From Saccostrea cucullata (Eukaryota): 64,000 nt of DNA. Position numbers and translations under genes: made by a program. The stretch lies in NCBI RefSeq assembly GCF_032062105.1, contig NW_026927731.1:1-64000 (forward strand). The letters run 5' to 3'. The first letter of the stretch is position 1, and every line of letters starts with the position of its first letter. Positions 11,701-26,694 of this stretch are shown in pieces. Under the pieces are notes generated by a model that saw only the letters and a program-made list of their open reading frames with translations, was not told where the DNA came from and did not search any database.

Positions 11701-14303
11701 TTAACTGTGTAGGCAGGTGGTATTGTAAATTTTAAAATTCTTTTATTGGTTTTTAAGAGATTTTCTTAATATATCTATTTTTTGTGAGCATTATTTAATG
11801 AGAATGGAGAGTATCCTTGGAGTGAAATGACTGTCTATCTCTATATTCTTCTTTTGTTTGTTTCTCATAAAAAATTCAGTATTAATTTAAAAAATATATG
11901 TCGCTATAACAATATCTTTTTTAAATATTGATTTGTTGATAAATAATTGGTTGCTAGATAATGAAAATATGGATGATTTATGAACAGGAAGGTTTTGGCC
12001 TGAAATATCATACCAACTGCTCAGTTTTCTGGATAAATGGCTAAGTTACACCTGAACACAATGACTATGATCAGATATCAAGCCAGATACCCAGTGCATT
12101 AGATCAGCCTGATTGGGCATCAGATTGAGCATTTTCTAAAACAGTGGACTGACACAATTGTGTTGTTTTTTTCTAACACAGGCTCTGAAATAAACAAAAT
12201 CATTCAGTTCTCACCTGTTTCAGTGACTAATAATTTGGCCTTTTTTTGGGATCAAACATGGTACACCTGTAATTCACTATTTCACCAGTGTTACGACCTG
12301 GTCAATACCTGCACTCGAATAAGAATTTATTGCAAAAGCTCAGAAGAGGCTCACTTTAGAAGTTTTATGATCTAGGTATGTTTGGATAAGAGTGCTTGTT
12401 TGTTGAGAAAACTTTAGGATATTGTCAATTGCACCTTAAATATGGTGAAACTTGGTGCACATCCATGATAAATCAGCAGGTTTATGGCCATGAAATTGTG
12501 TCTCCATAAAGCTGTTCACACGTAAAATGGCTGTTTTATTTTTGGAAAGTCTACAAAGAATATCTCTGAATAAAGCTGTCAAAATTTCTGAAGAAGACAG
12601 AAATATTTTATGAACAGTAATTTTATTTATTTACCATAAGATGACAAGGAATTCTCATTATTTATTAAAAAAAAAACAAACAAAAAAAACCTTTTAGTTT
12701 TAATTTGGATATATATGCATTAAATGCGATATATGTTTAAGAGTTGCTAAATTTATTACAGGTATTTTATTAATTGAAGTTAAACTAAATTAACAATTTT
12801 GGAGAGGGAAATAAGTTATAATTAAATCATAGTTATAATTTTGATCATTTAAATCATATGCATACTTTTTTTAACAAAATTAACGGTAATACAAAGAGGG
12901 CTATACTTAAGTAAATATATACACATCATTTCACCCCCACCCTACAGAAATATTTTGGGAGAAAAATCGAGTAACAGAGAGAGGAAAGTTCTTGGTAAAC
13001 CATCCAGCAAATATTTGTGTTTCAAATTATTTTGATTCAGAGGAATGGAAAAATAAGAATCAATTTTTAACCTGCTTATCAACTTTTTTTAAAAGTGATT
13101 CAAGATTTTTGATTGTTTAAATTTGTAGAAAAATATGCATTAGCCAGACTCCCTTCCATTCTCTGCACAAACATCAATTCTATGCATATTCTTCTGAAAC
13201 ACCTTTACACAACTCTGTATCTTCAATAGCAATCTCTTATGATATATTAAATATAGTATCTTTTCTGCCATATCAACTGTTAACATACAGGTAGAAACCT
13301 AAATACACTCTGACATCTGAAATTTGGAATGATATAACAAATTATTGTGTTTCTGACAGGCAGTTTTAACCTAATCCTCTCTAACATTGAGCTACCAGCT
13401 ACATCCCCAGTAATTATAGTGCTCTGAACTTTTGCTGGTGAGCAAGATAATGTTAAACAACCAAAGGTATTGAAGTACTCATCAATTATTTTTTGACATG
13501 TAAGCTTGAAAACTAACCAATAAAAATCGGGTTATGTAATAGGTCTAGTTCTTGTGGAGATCGGATAGAGCTTTGATTGAAATTCAAACATTCTGAAAAT
13601 TATCACCAATCCATGCGATTTTTCATCAGGATAAATTTCTTTCTCAGAAATTTCAGAATGGAAATTTTGCTGACTTGCTTGATATATTTTATTTAATGTT
13701 TTCATTATCAGACAGACTAATGGTGAAATCAAGTCATACAATGCAGTATCTTGTCATGCATTTAATGCAGTGATGAATATCATCAAATTTTCCTGTCTTC
13801 ATGTCATTTGATAATTTCGGTAGTATCAAAATATCTTATTTGTTAATGGACAACATGTAGCACCAACCATTCAGTTAGTTTTGATAAAGATGCTATGGAA
13901 ATTGATATCTGGGTTTAGGAGGGGTAATCCTGAATTGTTACAGCAGGCGCCTCGTGACATCATCCAATATATAAAGAATATGAGGGATTCCCTAGAGTGC
14001 TTGATAGAATCTCTCATTAATTATTGAAACTCATTCACACTAATGCTCCAATTTTTCTGAGCATTGACTTTGAGGGACTTGATATTTTTGATGAAATTGA
14101 ATGGAGATCCAATGGCCCCTTGATGCCTCTTTTTCACTTATTGATGTGACATGCAGACTTGAGTTTATGATATGAAAAGAATTAGATAATGCATCTTCAT
14201 TACTGGTTATTTAGCTTTTAATGATGAATAGGTGAACCAGCCTAGAGTTGAAATTGGAAATAGTCAGGTTTAACCATGTAATCTATAAAAATGTATAAAT
14301 TTT

Positions 14304-14420
14304 GGGTGCAGTGGTAACATTGTCCCTGACATTGGGTTTTGGTTCAAATCTAGCAAAGACATGGACAATCAGCAATTGGTTGTGTCCTAGTTGTAATAAT
14401 TTGGTATACACTTATCGTTG
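14304..14420 (+). mobile_element. Highly decayed tRNA-like/SINE head
   Basis: A-box-like GGTGCAGTGG (~14305) and B-box-like GGTTCAAATC (14341-14350) at tRNA-like spacing; no intact cloverleaf. Confidence 0.3.
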
Positions 14421-15330
14421 TCTTAAATTATTGTTTTATGTTTAGACCCTAAAAACTGGGTACATGAGGAACAGTTAATTTGGTAAATGTGAGGTTTCAT
14501 GGTTCAGGAAAAGTTAAACTTTAAATTATTTCTAGTATTGAATAACATTGAAAGCAAAAAACCCCAGATGGTTTAATTATAACTCAATTTTTGTCTATCT
14601 AAAAATGTGATGTCATTGCTTGATAGCTTTATCAGGGTAATAGCTTTTTATGTAGCATATCTGAACTGTGTCTAAATCACTCAAGCTTTGAAAATTATAT
14701 GAAAATAGGAAAATTGATCTCTATATTATAAAATGGGGGCATTAAAAATCTAAATACCTCAACAACTATAAAAGATTCAAGTGGATTTTGTGTAATTGAG
14801 TTCAATAGTGCATTGCAAGAAATATGACTCAGAATTGAAATCAGTGTGCTCCTTTGATGTAGCATTAAGGGGTTTGTAGATAAAAAATGTAACGGGTATG
14901 CACAAAATGTAGATTGTATTAAGTGAAATTTAATAATCAGCAGCATTAAAATTGAAAAATTTAAGAATAATTCTTAAAGGAAATGAGTTAACATGTTTCA
15001 GGACAAAACAGAACATGTATTTAGGGATCATACACAGCCTTGTGAAAAGAACATTTGATATGTGTGGACTAAGTATTTGTATAGTCCAACGAATACAATT
15101 TCATCAGACTGAAAACATATTTCCATTGTCTATTGGTGACAGAATATTTAAAAAGTATTTTGCCGTGCCTTGTGGTATGGATTATCTGAGATATGGCTCA
15201 TCAGGTCTCAAAAGTCAGTGAAAGACTCAAGAATGAAAGCAAAAGCTCGCTCGCGACAATGCTGGTGAAAGTTTGTTAAGCCTGGCTGCTTTCCATTGTT
15301 TTCATTTCTATTCTTGATAAATATTTTTAG

Positions 15331-15430
15331 AGTTTACTGTCATTGTGTGTTTGTTGACTTGTCCAGTGAAGATGTTGAATTTAATGTTCAATTTTATTTC
15401 TGCAAATTGAGGAAAACTTTCAAAAACAAG
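15331..15430 (+). other. Candidate 5'UTR exon of gene A
   Basis: Acceptor tttttAG at 15329-15330 and strong donor AAG|GTAAGA at 15430/15431; CpG patch ctcgctcgcg at ~15246. Confidence 0.35.
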
Positions 15431-18400
15431 GTAAGATGTGAAATTTTTGTGTGACAGTGATGTCGCTATCTTTTATGCCATTAATTGTCCCTATTTTAAT
15501 TTTTGTCACAAGCATCTTAATTCTTAAAGTTTTGTCAACTGGGTTAGCTTATGGCTTCAATGGTGCCACAACTGGCACTATAAAATGCTCACATCAAACT
15601 TTGAATGTCAAAAGAAGAAGATTTTTTATGTTCTTTTATCTGGCCAGCATCAGGTCATAGAAACCTAATCTTATAATGGAGTCTCTGTGTAATCTCTTCC
15701 TTCCTTTCACCCTTTATTCATAAGCTCGTCACTTGATTAAGAAAATGTCACAACTTTCTCCAAATCTGTTTGAGGGAGACCTGCAAAATTTTGTTTCGAA
15801 ATTTTATGAATTTTTTATGTGGTATGAAATTTGGCCCCTATCCTGATACCTATTTAATTGGCTAATAAATGTTAAATTTAACATGGTAAGAGTCAAAACT
15901 AATCATAAAAAGCTGACATAAACTTTCCTTGATTGTGTGCACACAACTACATAAAGACAGGCTTAAGGAAATCTGACAAAAAATTCACACAGGTGAAGAT
16001 GACTTTAAAAGTTGCTAAAGGGACATTTGAAATTCTTAGAGCCTAATGCAACAATAGGAGAAATTTTCCTGGATATTACAATACAAAGAGGGAGATGGGT
16101 TATAAGTAGAAAGATAGTGCAGACAAATTATCTTCATTTTCTCCGGTATTTATGGATACTCACGACTTTGTGGCATTTGAGGGGAAGAGGCAACTGGTTC
16201 AATGAGGCAGTTTGTTGAAATATTTACAACTCATTTTCCTCTTTGTCTGTACAATCCTTTGTTTTTCATCAGTCATAAACTGATTTGAATTTTTTTAAAC
16301 GAATTTAAAAAGAGGTGAAACTGATAGTCAACGCAGATAAAATGCGACATTTGAATATCTAAGGCTTACAGGTGTGTTGTTGAAATTTTTGAGAAGTGTG
16401 TCTAAGGCATATAAAAACAATGAACTCTGAATTCTAATACCTTCTTCATTTCTCTATATCGTCATCAATATTTTGCCCCACATTCAACTTTGTTGAACCA
16501 GCAAGAGTCCGCTTAAAGCAATCAGATGACTCCACATAGCTCATGCTTGGGAGTTACATTTAAAAACTATCACTGCCTTGTGTTGGAATGTAGGAGAATA
16601 TCTTCATTGCAGTGTGAGTTCTTTTTTTTTTGTAATTTTTTCCTACAATTTTACGAATTTAAGTGCTTGTTGAGTCAATTAAGACTATTTTAAATCTCAT
16701 ATAATTATAGAAATTTTTTTTAAGAAAAGTATCAATTGCCTTAAGTAGGAAATATTAAAATAATTTAGTTTTTTTGTGTGCATGTTTTTGCATTTTATCA
16801 AACCTTGGGGGAAGGATATAAAAGTGAATTCTGACAATGTCAAAAAAAGTGAAAAGAAATTATTAGGGGACATATTTTATTTATTTACTAATTACCAGGG
16901 AATGTGAGATCTTTAACAGTTGGTTAGGTTGATGCATAATCGTGAAAGGAGGTCTCCGGAAAGCTACAATAGACTCAGATAGTCATATTATCTGATATAC
17001 TGAATACCAGCGAGTGACTCTTACGATGTGACGATAGAAAAACTGCAGTTCCTTGTTTACTTTTAAATGCACTGGAAGTTTGTTATCAGATAACATTTTT
17101 CTTTCTGTGGTCAGCTCAGTGATGAAGTCATCACATTGAGAAAAGCAATTTAACAAATTATATTTTGTGAAAAATTTTCATGAATGGAATATTATAACTA
17201 ACTGTTATAACGGTAAGAAATCTCGCATATCATGTAAAAGACTTTGATATTCATTTTTGAATACATAGATGTTAATTGGCTTGGATTTCTGTAATTTTAA
17301 ATGAAAAATGTTATTTTAATGAACAGAATTACAGCATATTAGAGTCACATAAAAATGTTCATGATCTATGTTGGGGAAACATTTTAAATCTATAAAAAAA
17401 ATTCTCAACGATCAGAGCTCAGCATGTCTTTTAGTAAAAGTATCTATTATGATAATTGATTTTGCGGTTAAGGCCCACATATTTGTGAAGTGAAGTTTTG
17501 TCTTTAACTGAATCCTGCGGAGCACAGGTTCACCATACCTTCATCAATATGTCATGGTCAATACAGCTCTCAAACACGCTTACTTTTTTTTCCTCCCTTC
17601 TTTTTTTATGTGAACATTGATGATTTTTCTTCATATTGATCGGTATCACTAAACCTAACAACTGAACTACTTTGTTCAAGATTTTATCTGATCAAAAAAT
17701 TAAAAAAATTTCATGCAAAATTAATAGTCTGTGTATAATTGATGATTTTGAAGTTAAAAACTATGAGCTTTACTTATAGATTTTAAGATACAGTACTTTT
17801 CAATTTTAAAAAAGTAATTTCCCAAACTTTTCCATGTCATTCGGTACTTGGGAGGGGAAACTGAAAGTGTTAAGATTAAATCTGTTTATCTCTGACCAAA
17901 ATATCCAAGACAAGTAATATATGACTGGTTATGAATTTTCATTGTTTAATTTTCAATTATATCTAATAGCAACCACATATCTGTTTTACACCGTTGGAGA
18001 TCTTAAAAAGAAATTAAACACCATATATGCATGGGGAGCTATTATATTGTTTTAACCTTTTGGGTAAGACTTTGTACTTTATACGCGGTGCATTGATCTG
18101 AGTATCCCTTTTAAAAATATCGACCAAGTGGTGCACATAAAGAATTAAAATCATTATTGATATTATTGCTGCCTGTTAAAACAGATTTTATTTTTTCAAT
18201 AAAGCTTTCTGACTAATGATGGCAAATCTGAAAAGTGTGATTTAACAATAAACATTGTGGGGATTAAAACCTTAATTCTCTGTATTACAGGGGAAATGTT
18301 TATCTTTTTCTTGGTCTTTGTGCAATAGAATTAAATTTTTACGAGGGATCAACTAATAGGAAATATTGGACAATGCTGGTAGTCACCCGGGGGCATTCCG

Positions 18401-20537
18401 CGGACAATTGAGATGGAGGTTCCCAGAACCTCTGTTTAGGGCTTCTTACTGACTTATCAGTTTGGGTCATCCTTTAATTACTGGATCAACCAATAAAATA
18501 TTTCTTTACAAGATTTATTTCATCATTTATCTTGAAAGGTTTAATATATAATTAACTGCATGTATGAGAAGGAGCAAAAAAGGGATTTCTTCTTCACAGT
18601 TTCAGTGTCTCCATAATAATTTTTTATTGTCCTTGCAATACACTGTTGATACATGTAAATCATTAAGTCATATGTTGTACCTAATGACAAACTAATTTTA
18701 ATTACTTGCTTTGTTTTTAAATTTGATTGCACCCATATTTATTGATATGAAAGAGAAGGAAATGCCTATGGCTATAATAATTAATTAATAACTAAGATTC
18801 AAGATCAAAGAAAATATTTGAAGTAACTCCAGATTTAAATAGAAATTGTAACTGTTAAGTAATATCAAAGCACCTTCCTAATATTAGCGATTCCTTGTAA
18901 GATTTATTAAGTCGTATTTACAGATTAAGCAGGTGAACTTCCTAGCTTGATTAGTTTTTCCTAATCCACCTTTTATTTTAAACATTCCATAATTCTCATA
19001 AACAATGCACAATAACACCAAATTATATTGAGGATATAAATCGGTAGGAGACTATTTAAATAGCGCTGAAGTACGCACTGGGTGACTGGCGAGAAAACAG
19101 CAGCGGCCAAAAATAAAAGTCCGCAGATGTAGAAAACCACTGTTCTTCATTCATTGAAACTAATTACAAAGAACTAGCATAAGAAAAGAATATGACATCC
19201 AATGATATATAGCTGGCAAGCTTTGACTGAAGTTTATGTGGGTTTGGGACTCGGCCCTGCTAATGAACAGACCCTTTCAATACATTAACTGCAGTTTTTA
19301 AATTAACTTTAATAAAAACAGGATTTGTTTCTTTGTGTTGCTAATCAGGCAGATAATAAAGTTAGATTTAAATGTTTTACGACTTTATTCATAAAAAAAT
19401 ATATAGACATTTCGGTTGAATACCATATTTGTTGCAGAGGTTTACGAGCATAAATAAACAGGAACGATTCCTCTGAGTTCCTATGAAATATCTACAGGAT
19501 GTTTTGTGTGGGCTTATGCGGGTCATTACATATTTAATTCTGGATTTGCAACTTTGATCTCATAGAAATTTGAAGCAGAAATAATGCCAAATTGATGATT
19601 GCTTAAAAGGAAATTTGATTTCAAGAAATGCTTTGAAGCTTTGCATGAATTTGCAGAATAATTTTGTAAATAGAAAAGTGAAAGTTTAGAGCAAATACAT
19701 TTGATTCAGAGGGTGCACTCTTACTTCAAGTGAACTATCACTTATGCAGTTTAACTGTGTTTGAAACTTGAACTGCTTTCTAATAGAATGTTTCTTTATC
19801 CTATGGATAATGTCTTCCTGCTGCAAAATGTGCATTTACCACTATTTTGGCTTTTGCCATCTTAAAATGTGTCAAACATATGAACCCAAACTAAGTAAAG
19901 TTAGCAACTTGAAGGTGCATGCATTGAAAGTCATTGCAACATACTGTGATTTAAAAGTCAATACAAATGACAATTTTAAGAGTTTTTTGTCTTCTGAAGA
20001 TTACCATTAAAAGAGATTTTTGATGTAAATTGGAAAATGATGGGAAAAGTGTCATTATTGGGAATTTATTTTCCAATATTCTGAATTAAGCTAGAACAAA
20101 TGTTAGCATTGTCCAAGCCTCAAAGGATTGAGTGTGTTTTAATGTTGTTTTCAATAATTTCATAACTGTCTGTCAATCTCAGATCTTTGAAATCCAATAT
20201 CTCCATCCAGCCGTGTTAATGATCTGACAGAGTAGCGTCCCCTGTGTCACTCTTCTGTCCCCTGAACATGAGGGTGACATTGGAGCAGACTCACTCTTAG
20301 CACAGAATCTATCATCCAGAAAAATGGTTATTGTTCCTCCACAGTGGTCATCTGGTCACTTGTCAATCATTGCAGCCGCAGGCTATTGTATGTCCATTCT
20401 ACAATCAATGATGTTAATTTGTAAGGATTTGTAAGTCCCTGAATATCACTTTATTGAAAATAATTAGTCTTAATAGATGACAAATATAAGTTTACTTTCC
20501 ATTATGGTGCTAGTGCATGACATGCCCAGAAAAAAAT

Positions 20538-20862
20538 CATGGTGCTAACGACAACGCCTGGGCGAAGAGAAAATGACACTGCACATTCATTCTTTAGAAT
20601 TTTTTGCTGCAGTAAAAAATGCATCACTTAGCAAAGTTGCAAATGTTCAACAAAAAGTTTACTCGCCTTGATTAAATGGATAGACATATAAAGATAAATT
20701 GTAAACGTAACTTTTTTCATTAACTTTCAACACATAACTTACATACGACGTCATGTTACATCAGAACTTATAGACGCACCAAATGCCACCTGCGGTTGGA
20801 CGAGCCCGATCTAATATTAAAACAATAGAAGAGTTTGCGCTCGCTCAAACGGTCGCACCGTC
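20538..20862. mobile_element. Probable old MITE-like insertion
   Basis: CpG-rich ~325-bp block in a CpG-poor intron, with imperfect terminal inverted repeat catggtgc...gcaccgtc; no clean TSD. Confidence 0.35.
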
Positions 20863-23800
20863 AACATATTATATGTAGCGTATAACTATGACAAAAGACA
20901 ATTGCAGATGATCCATTAGTTAAATTTTGTTTTTATTTCATTCTCCATATCAATTCAGAGTGTAAATATCTCGTGTTATTTTGGATTTAAGTCTGTTTTA
21001 ACTGTGACTCAACAAGTACCCTTTAGTATGAGAATGGTTCTGTGATGAAGGCCATCCTATATAAACATGGTGACCCGATCTTTCTATAGTCCCAGCCTCA
21101 AGCCTGATAATTGTTTGATTCTAAAGTTTCATTAAAGTCTCATTAGCAGTTAGAAAGGCTTGTTTTGTATGAGATTGACTTTGATGGAGACCGTGGATAA
21201 GCGCTGGGCTCAGAAGACCGTTTGGTCCATTGCATCCTTTGTTGGGGTGTTGGGGTGTTGTGTGACAACCTCTTCTCTGACTGGACATTATTCCTGAATC
21301 AAAACTAAGAATAACAAATAACCTGAATTGTGCTAAAATACTTACACTGTGTTTCAAATAAATAAAAGGTTTAATGTAGACCAAAAGGCAAAAATAAATT
21401 TGAGACTATTTTTTGAAGGACAAAGCTTACTTAAATCCAGTGAGTCAGATAAAATTACAAAGCTTTAAGGAAATGTTTTTGCAAACTATTGTTCAACATT
21501 AAGTGTTGAAAAAGCAACTTTACAATGGAGGCGGCAGGGAGGGCCCAACATTGGCAAACAACCCTCTCCAGCAGATGAGCTTGTGTTGGTGTCAGTAGTG
21601 GGTTTACAGAAACTGTAATCTAAAGGTTGACAGGAAATCAAAGGAAGTTTAAAGATTTTTGTTGAGACTAATTAAGTTTGTTTTTGTGTGGCCAGATAAG
21701 AAGTTTTTGGATAATTACAGGTAATGTCTAAATGTGATAATCTGTGGACAGTTTCTGACATTTTCACAGGTTGGTGATAGGGACTTAGCTATAGAGAGGT
21801 GTTTTTACTAAGGGTTATACTGCTGAGATGGGCAAGACCAATTGTGAAAATATTTAGTTCTAGGGAAAAAGAACCACTGAGATTTAATTGAATTCTGTCA
21901 GGTGTATTTTTCTACAAACAAACAAAACTAGTATCTGGTGTGATTTTAGCAATTGGTGACATCAAGTCAAAGCGCCAAAAACAAATTAAATAGAACTTTT
22001 TTGTTAAAAAACAAGTTTCTGTACAATTTTTTTTTGACAATTCAGTGCTAAACACTCTCCATGATCCCCAGAAAAATAAAGAAGTTCACTCATATGTGAT
22101 AAGGTTAAGCTAATTAGATTTTAATTCAGTTTTGAGGATTTGGAATGCCCATATTACAGGGGTCAGTGTTGTTCTGGACTCTCTGTAGTGTTAAGGTTGT
22201 GTATGAATTCTCTCAGATTCTTAGACCAAAGTGCAAACCAGGTCAGTAGTATGTTTCAGTATTTGTTAAAAATATATGTAACAATTTTTTAAAAAATAGA
22301 AATAAGCAAAATGTTTATTACGTTAATGTTCATATAAATATCATGAATAATGTTTTCTACAGTATTTGTGGAATTTTTTTGAAAGATTTTGTAATAGGTC
22401 TTGGATGCAAAAATTTGTTGAATTGATAATTAAAGAATCCATTCATTTCTGTATTTAAACAAAAAATATATTTCAGTCTATGTACTAATTTTTTTTTTGT
22501 GTGTTGATGCATAAAAAATCTGTTTAAATTTAGTTTCATGTGCAAGATACAAGTATTGAGATAAGATTTTTGTCATAATTTTAAAAAAATATTAATATTA
22601 ATATTAAAAAAGGTGGTAAAGTAAATATTTAGAGGGCTTGAAGGATAAGTATATACAATCGGAATTTTTATTTAGCTAAAAAGTGTGTGTTTGTCTGTTT
22701 CAGAAGCTATGTTTGTAATTCTGTCAAAAATTGATGGATATCAAAAGGGTTCCAATGCAAACTGTGAACAAAGATTACATATGTTCTTGAGTTGCTATTT
22801 TGACAATTTTTGATTCATCATGAATGAATTAAATAAATGTTTGGCATTTTTAAAAAATATTGACCAAAGATAAAAATTAATTTGTCTTAATCAATCAGAT
22901 AGGTATAGTTAAATCTGTAAAATTTTGATTTAAACAAGATTAATGAACCATGTATCTGCTGCTTTGTTTTGCTAATCATGGCTGTGTCAACAGAACAGTG
23001 ACATTTTGACAGACTCTACAGATAAGTTCAAAGGAGCACAAGAATTATTCCCACCTATCTAAAGGATATTTTTCTAAAATTGAAGTTAAGGGGCTGGCAT
23101 CTATTGAAATTTAAGTGAAGATTGAGCATTGATTAGTCTCGGTTTCATGTACAGCATGTCCCTGTATTCCCTGGGGTGCTTCTTCTGATTTCTCTCACTG
23201 CAGGTAGTCTTCCTATCCCCTGCTATCAATTTCTTACACCATAATTAAAACTGTAACAAAGTTTTAAAATTTGAACCAATGAAATTTCAGCAATGTACAA
23301 ACATGGAAATTTGTTACTTGATGCATGCTTGCTAGGGTCTTAAGGCTAAAAGTGGCACTTTATAAAATTCAGGGAATTAATTGAACACCCATAATCATTA
23401 TTGGGTGACATAAGGAGTTAATCACTGGAAAATAATATAGTTAGTGTACTGTCAAAGAAGACTGTTCATGGAATGCTTGATGGTTTCTGGATCTTTTTGA
23501 AATATATGATGTGCATATGATACTAACTTGTAAATTTCAAAGAGGTAAAGTATTTCTATACTCTTAATTTCTTTCAATTTATTTAAGTTGGATTTAAAAA
23601 ATACACTTTTTTACCTGTTTATTTCAATTTTGTTGATTTTTTAACCCGGTTGAAGTTTACAGTAACATTTCTATGTTTCATGAGGGAATCTACAGCTTCA
23701 TTTTGCCCCATGTTCATTATTTGAGAGTGTTTCCAAATGTATAAGTAAATGACAATTGATGACCCTAAAATTTACAGCACTCCGGATTGGAATAGGACTT

Positions 23801-26694
23801 TGACAAATACCTGACACCACCAGACATCTAAATTTCTAAATAGAATTAGCCCTTTCATCTTTCCTTCTTTTAATCATAAACTTGTTTATTTCTATCATAA
23901 ATGTCCAGGCCTTATTTGGTCTCCCTATTGTAAAAAGTAATTAACTCTGCGGAGCTTCATTTTCACTGTGTACGTTTCAATCAGTCATAGGCAAATAACA
24001 GAAAGGGAAATACGATTTAGACCATATAGAAATGATCCACAGGTATTGTGGTATTAATGGGCACTGGTCATCTTGTCCTGTCTCCTTTGGATCACTCCTG
24101 TGAATATTGTTTTCACCTGTTGGAATTTTTTCTCTTGTAATAAAACCCAAAACCTTTCAGTTTCTAATAGCTGCCTCTGTTTTGTTGGAGGTTGATACTC
24201 TGAATATTTACATATTACAAATTTTTAATTTTCCAATTACCTAATATTCAACCCTTACTACTAACTGCTACAAACTTTTTGAAAAATTAGCATTCTGCAT
24301 TTAATTCCTCAAAAAAAAATGTTGAAATTGAACTCCAGCTAGAATACCCTATAAATAATTAATGTTATAATTGGGATTGTATTACAATGTGTAACACTAA
24401 GGTGTGATTTTTTTTTCACCTGTCTTTTTTTTCTTTGATCTGATGTCCACTTTTGGTCCAGATGAAATTACACCCTGATGAGGTGCCGCATGCTGTTGAT
24501 GGTCAGTTTGGGTCATCCTGCCCTGGTATCTTCTCACACCTGTGAATTGGCATTGTTTCTAGCCATACTATCTTTGTTCAGTGTTTGATTAAGGAAGTCC
24601 AGTTGACTAAATAAGTTGACTTTAGGTGATAATACAGATACACACAACCTATTTATTTCTCTAAGATTGGGATAGTATTTAATCCCCCCCTTACCGCTGT
24701 GAAGAATGCCTCATGTTTATTCTCACTGTATGAGGACCATAGTCAAATTCCCCATATCCTCTATAAATCCATTATTTTAATGACCAATTCAGAAATGTCT
24801 TACCTGAAATTTACAGCCTCTTGCTGTTAACTAATCTGGGTTCGATTGACTTGGAAGGTCCGAGTTTATTTGCAGATGATTCATTTTCATGACATTACCA
24901 TGGTGACCAGTATCATATAATTTGGGTTATGATTTGTCCGATATTTTGTTTCAGTATTCCGTAATCGAGGAGAGAGGATGTTAGTTAAACTACTTTGGCT
25001 TTGGTTTACTTCAAAATGAGGAATTTTTACATTAATTCAAATATTGTCTTGGTTTTTACCTGTCTATCTTTGGACATTGATGAAGGGAGTTTATCTTTTT
25101 CATCTGGGAGGTAACTTTGATTTTTTTTTATTATCTGTTTATTTTTTTGGGATAGTAGAATTTAAGAAAACATTTTTAATTAATATTCATTAATTTTTTG
25201 CACCTGAAAGCTTTAAATAATGGATTTTTAAAATTGTCTTAACACTTTTAAAACCTTGAAATTGGAACCTTCTTTCAATCTTAAATCTTGTTGTAAACCC
25301 CATGATTTATCTGGTCATAATCTTTTTTTGTCCAGGGCAAAAAGTTGGGTGTTTTCTTAAAAAGATCAGATGATACAGAAAACTCCAAAGACACAAGACA
25401 AAACAAAAGAACATGAAATTGACACAAAGTACTAAAGAAAGGACTTTTAAAAGGTGACATCACACAATTATTGTCTGGAGTTAATCACCCAGAAAACCTG
25501 TCAAAAAAAATCAGTATTGTGCCTTCTTAGTCTTATACAATTTAAATCTGACAACAATATTAAGACATAATTCAATTATTAGGTGTATTAAGAAGAAATT
25601 ATGGGAGAGTAATTGCATTCATTGGTTAACAGTTGGTCAATTACCATAGAAGAAATGTAAAGAAAATCATTAGGGGGTAAAAGACTTCAAAAGTATTTTA
25701 TTTCAACCTGTGGTTTTGATTTACTGGTATTTTTTATTTTTAAAAAAATTTTGTACAGCTCATAAAAAATAGGAAGGAATGAAGTTTTTAATTCAATGCT
25801 TGGATTAATTTACTTTTGACACCTGAGGTAAAATAATTAAAGTATATATTATCATGATTTTTTTTAAGCATTGATAAATTTTATTTTGAAGTAACCCACT
25901 TATTTTTTAGTATTTTTTTTTAAATGTGATAATTTGTTATTTTTATAAGTATTTTAATGATTTAAATGTATTTTATCATTAATAATTAATTCAAATTGAA
26001 ACATCAAATGAAATGCAAATCAAATAAATAGCATATGCATAAGCAATTGATTTTGAAGGATACAGTGAGACTATTTATAAAATTTAGAACTAATAAAGAT
26101 TTATAAAGATACTATATATAAAATTAGATAATAAAGATTAATGTGAAGAAGTAAATTCAGTTTGGGATAATTTTGTGTAATATTAATTGATTTTGATAAA
26201 TTTCATCACAAAAGTCTTAAAAATTAATCTATTAAATGCTGTGTAGTACAAACTTAATGGCATAACATGACTTTCCTCTAGATCAGATTTATGAAGACTT
26301 CATTGAAATTTCTCTTTAAAGCACATGTTGAGTGGGGATTTTGAGTTTATAAATTTCTCCTATTAGAATCACAGTTAGTTTTCTGATCCTATTTAGCGGG
26401 GAATTACAACACAAAGACTCCGCATTAGGCAAAACGTAGTCGACTTTAGCAGGATATGCTCCGTGACGGCTCTCTACGGATCTCGCTTTGCCATTATGTA
26501 GGGAATTTAAACATGATTGGAAAAATAAGATGGATAAAGGTGATTTAAGTCCAAAGGTATAAACTGGTGCGGTCAAGATTTTTGTCAATATTTAATATTG
26601 GTCCGTCTATTTTTTCAGATTAATGACAAGTCCACCACAGACAAAAGAAGCCTGTCTTGTATTCTGACATGCTGGTGACATTTAACATTTCTTC

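Noticed and set aside
14304-14360. Possible tRNA gene
   Set aside because: A and B box remnants only; no acceptor stem or cloverleaf. Kept as a low-confidence SINE relic.
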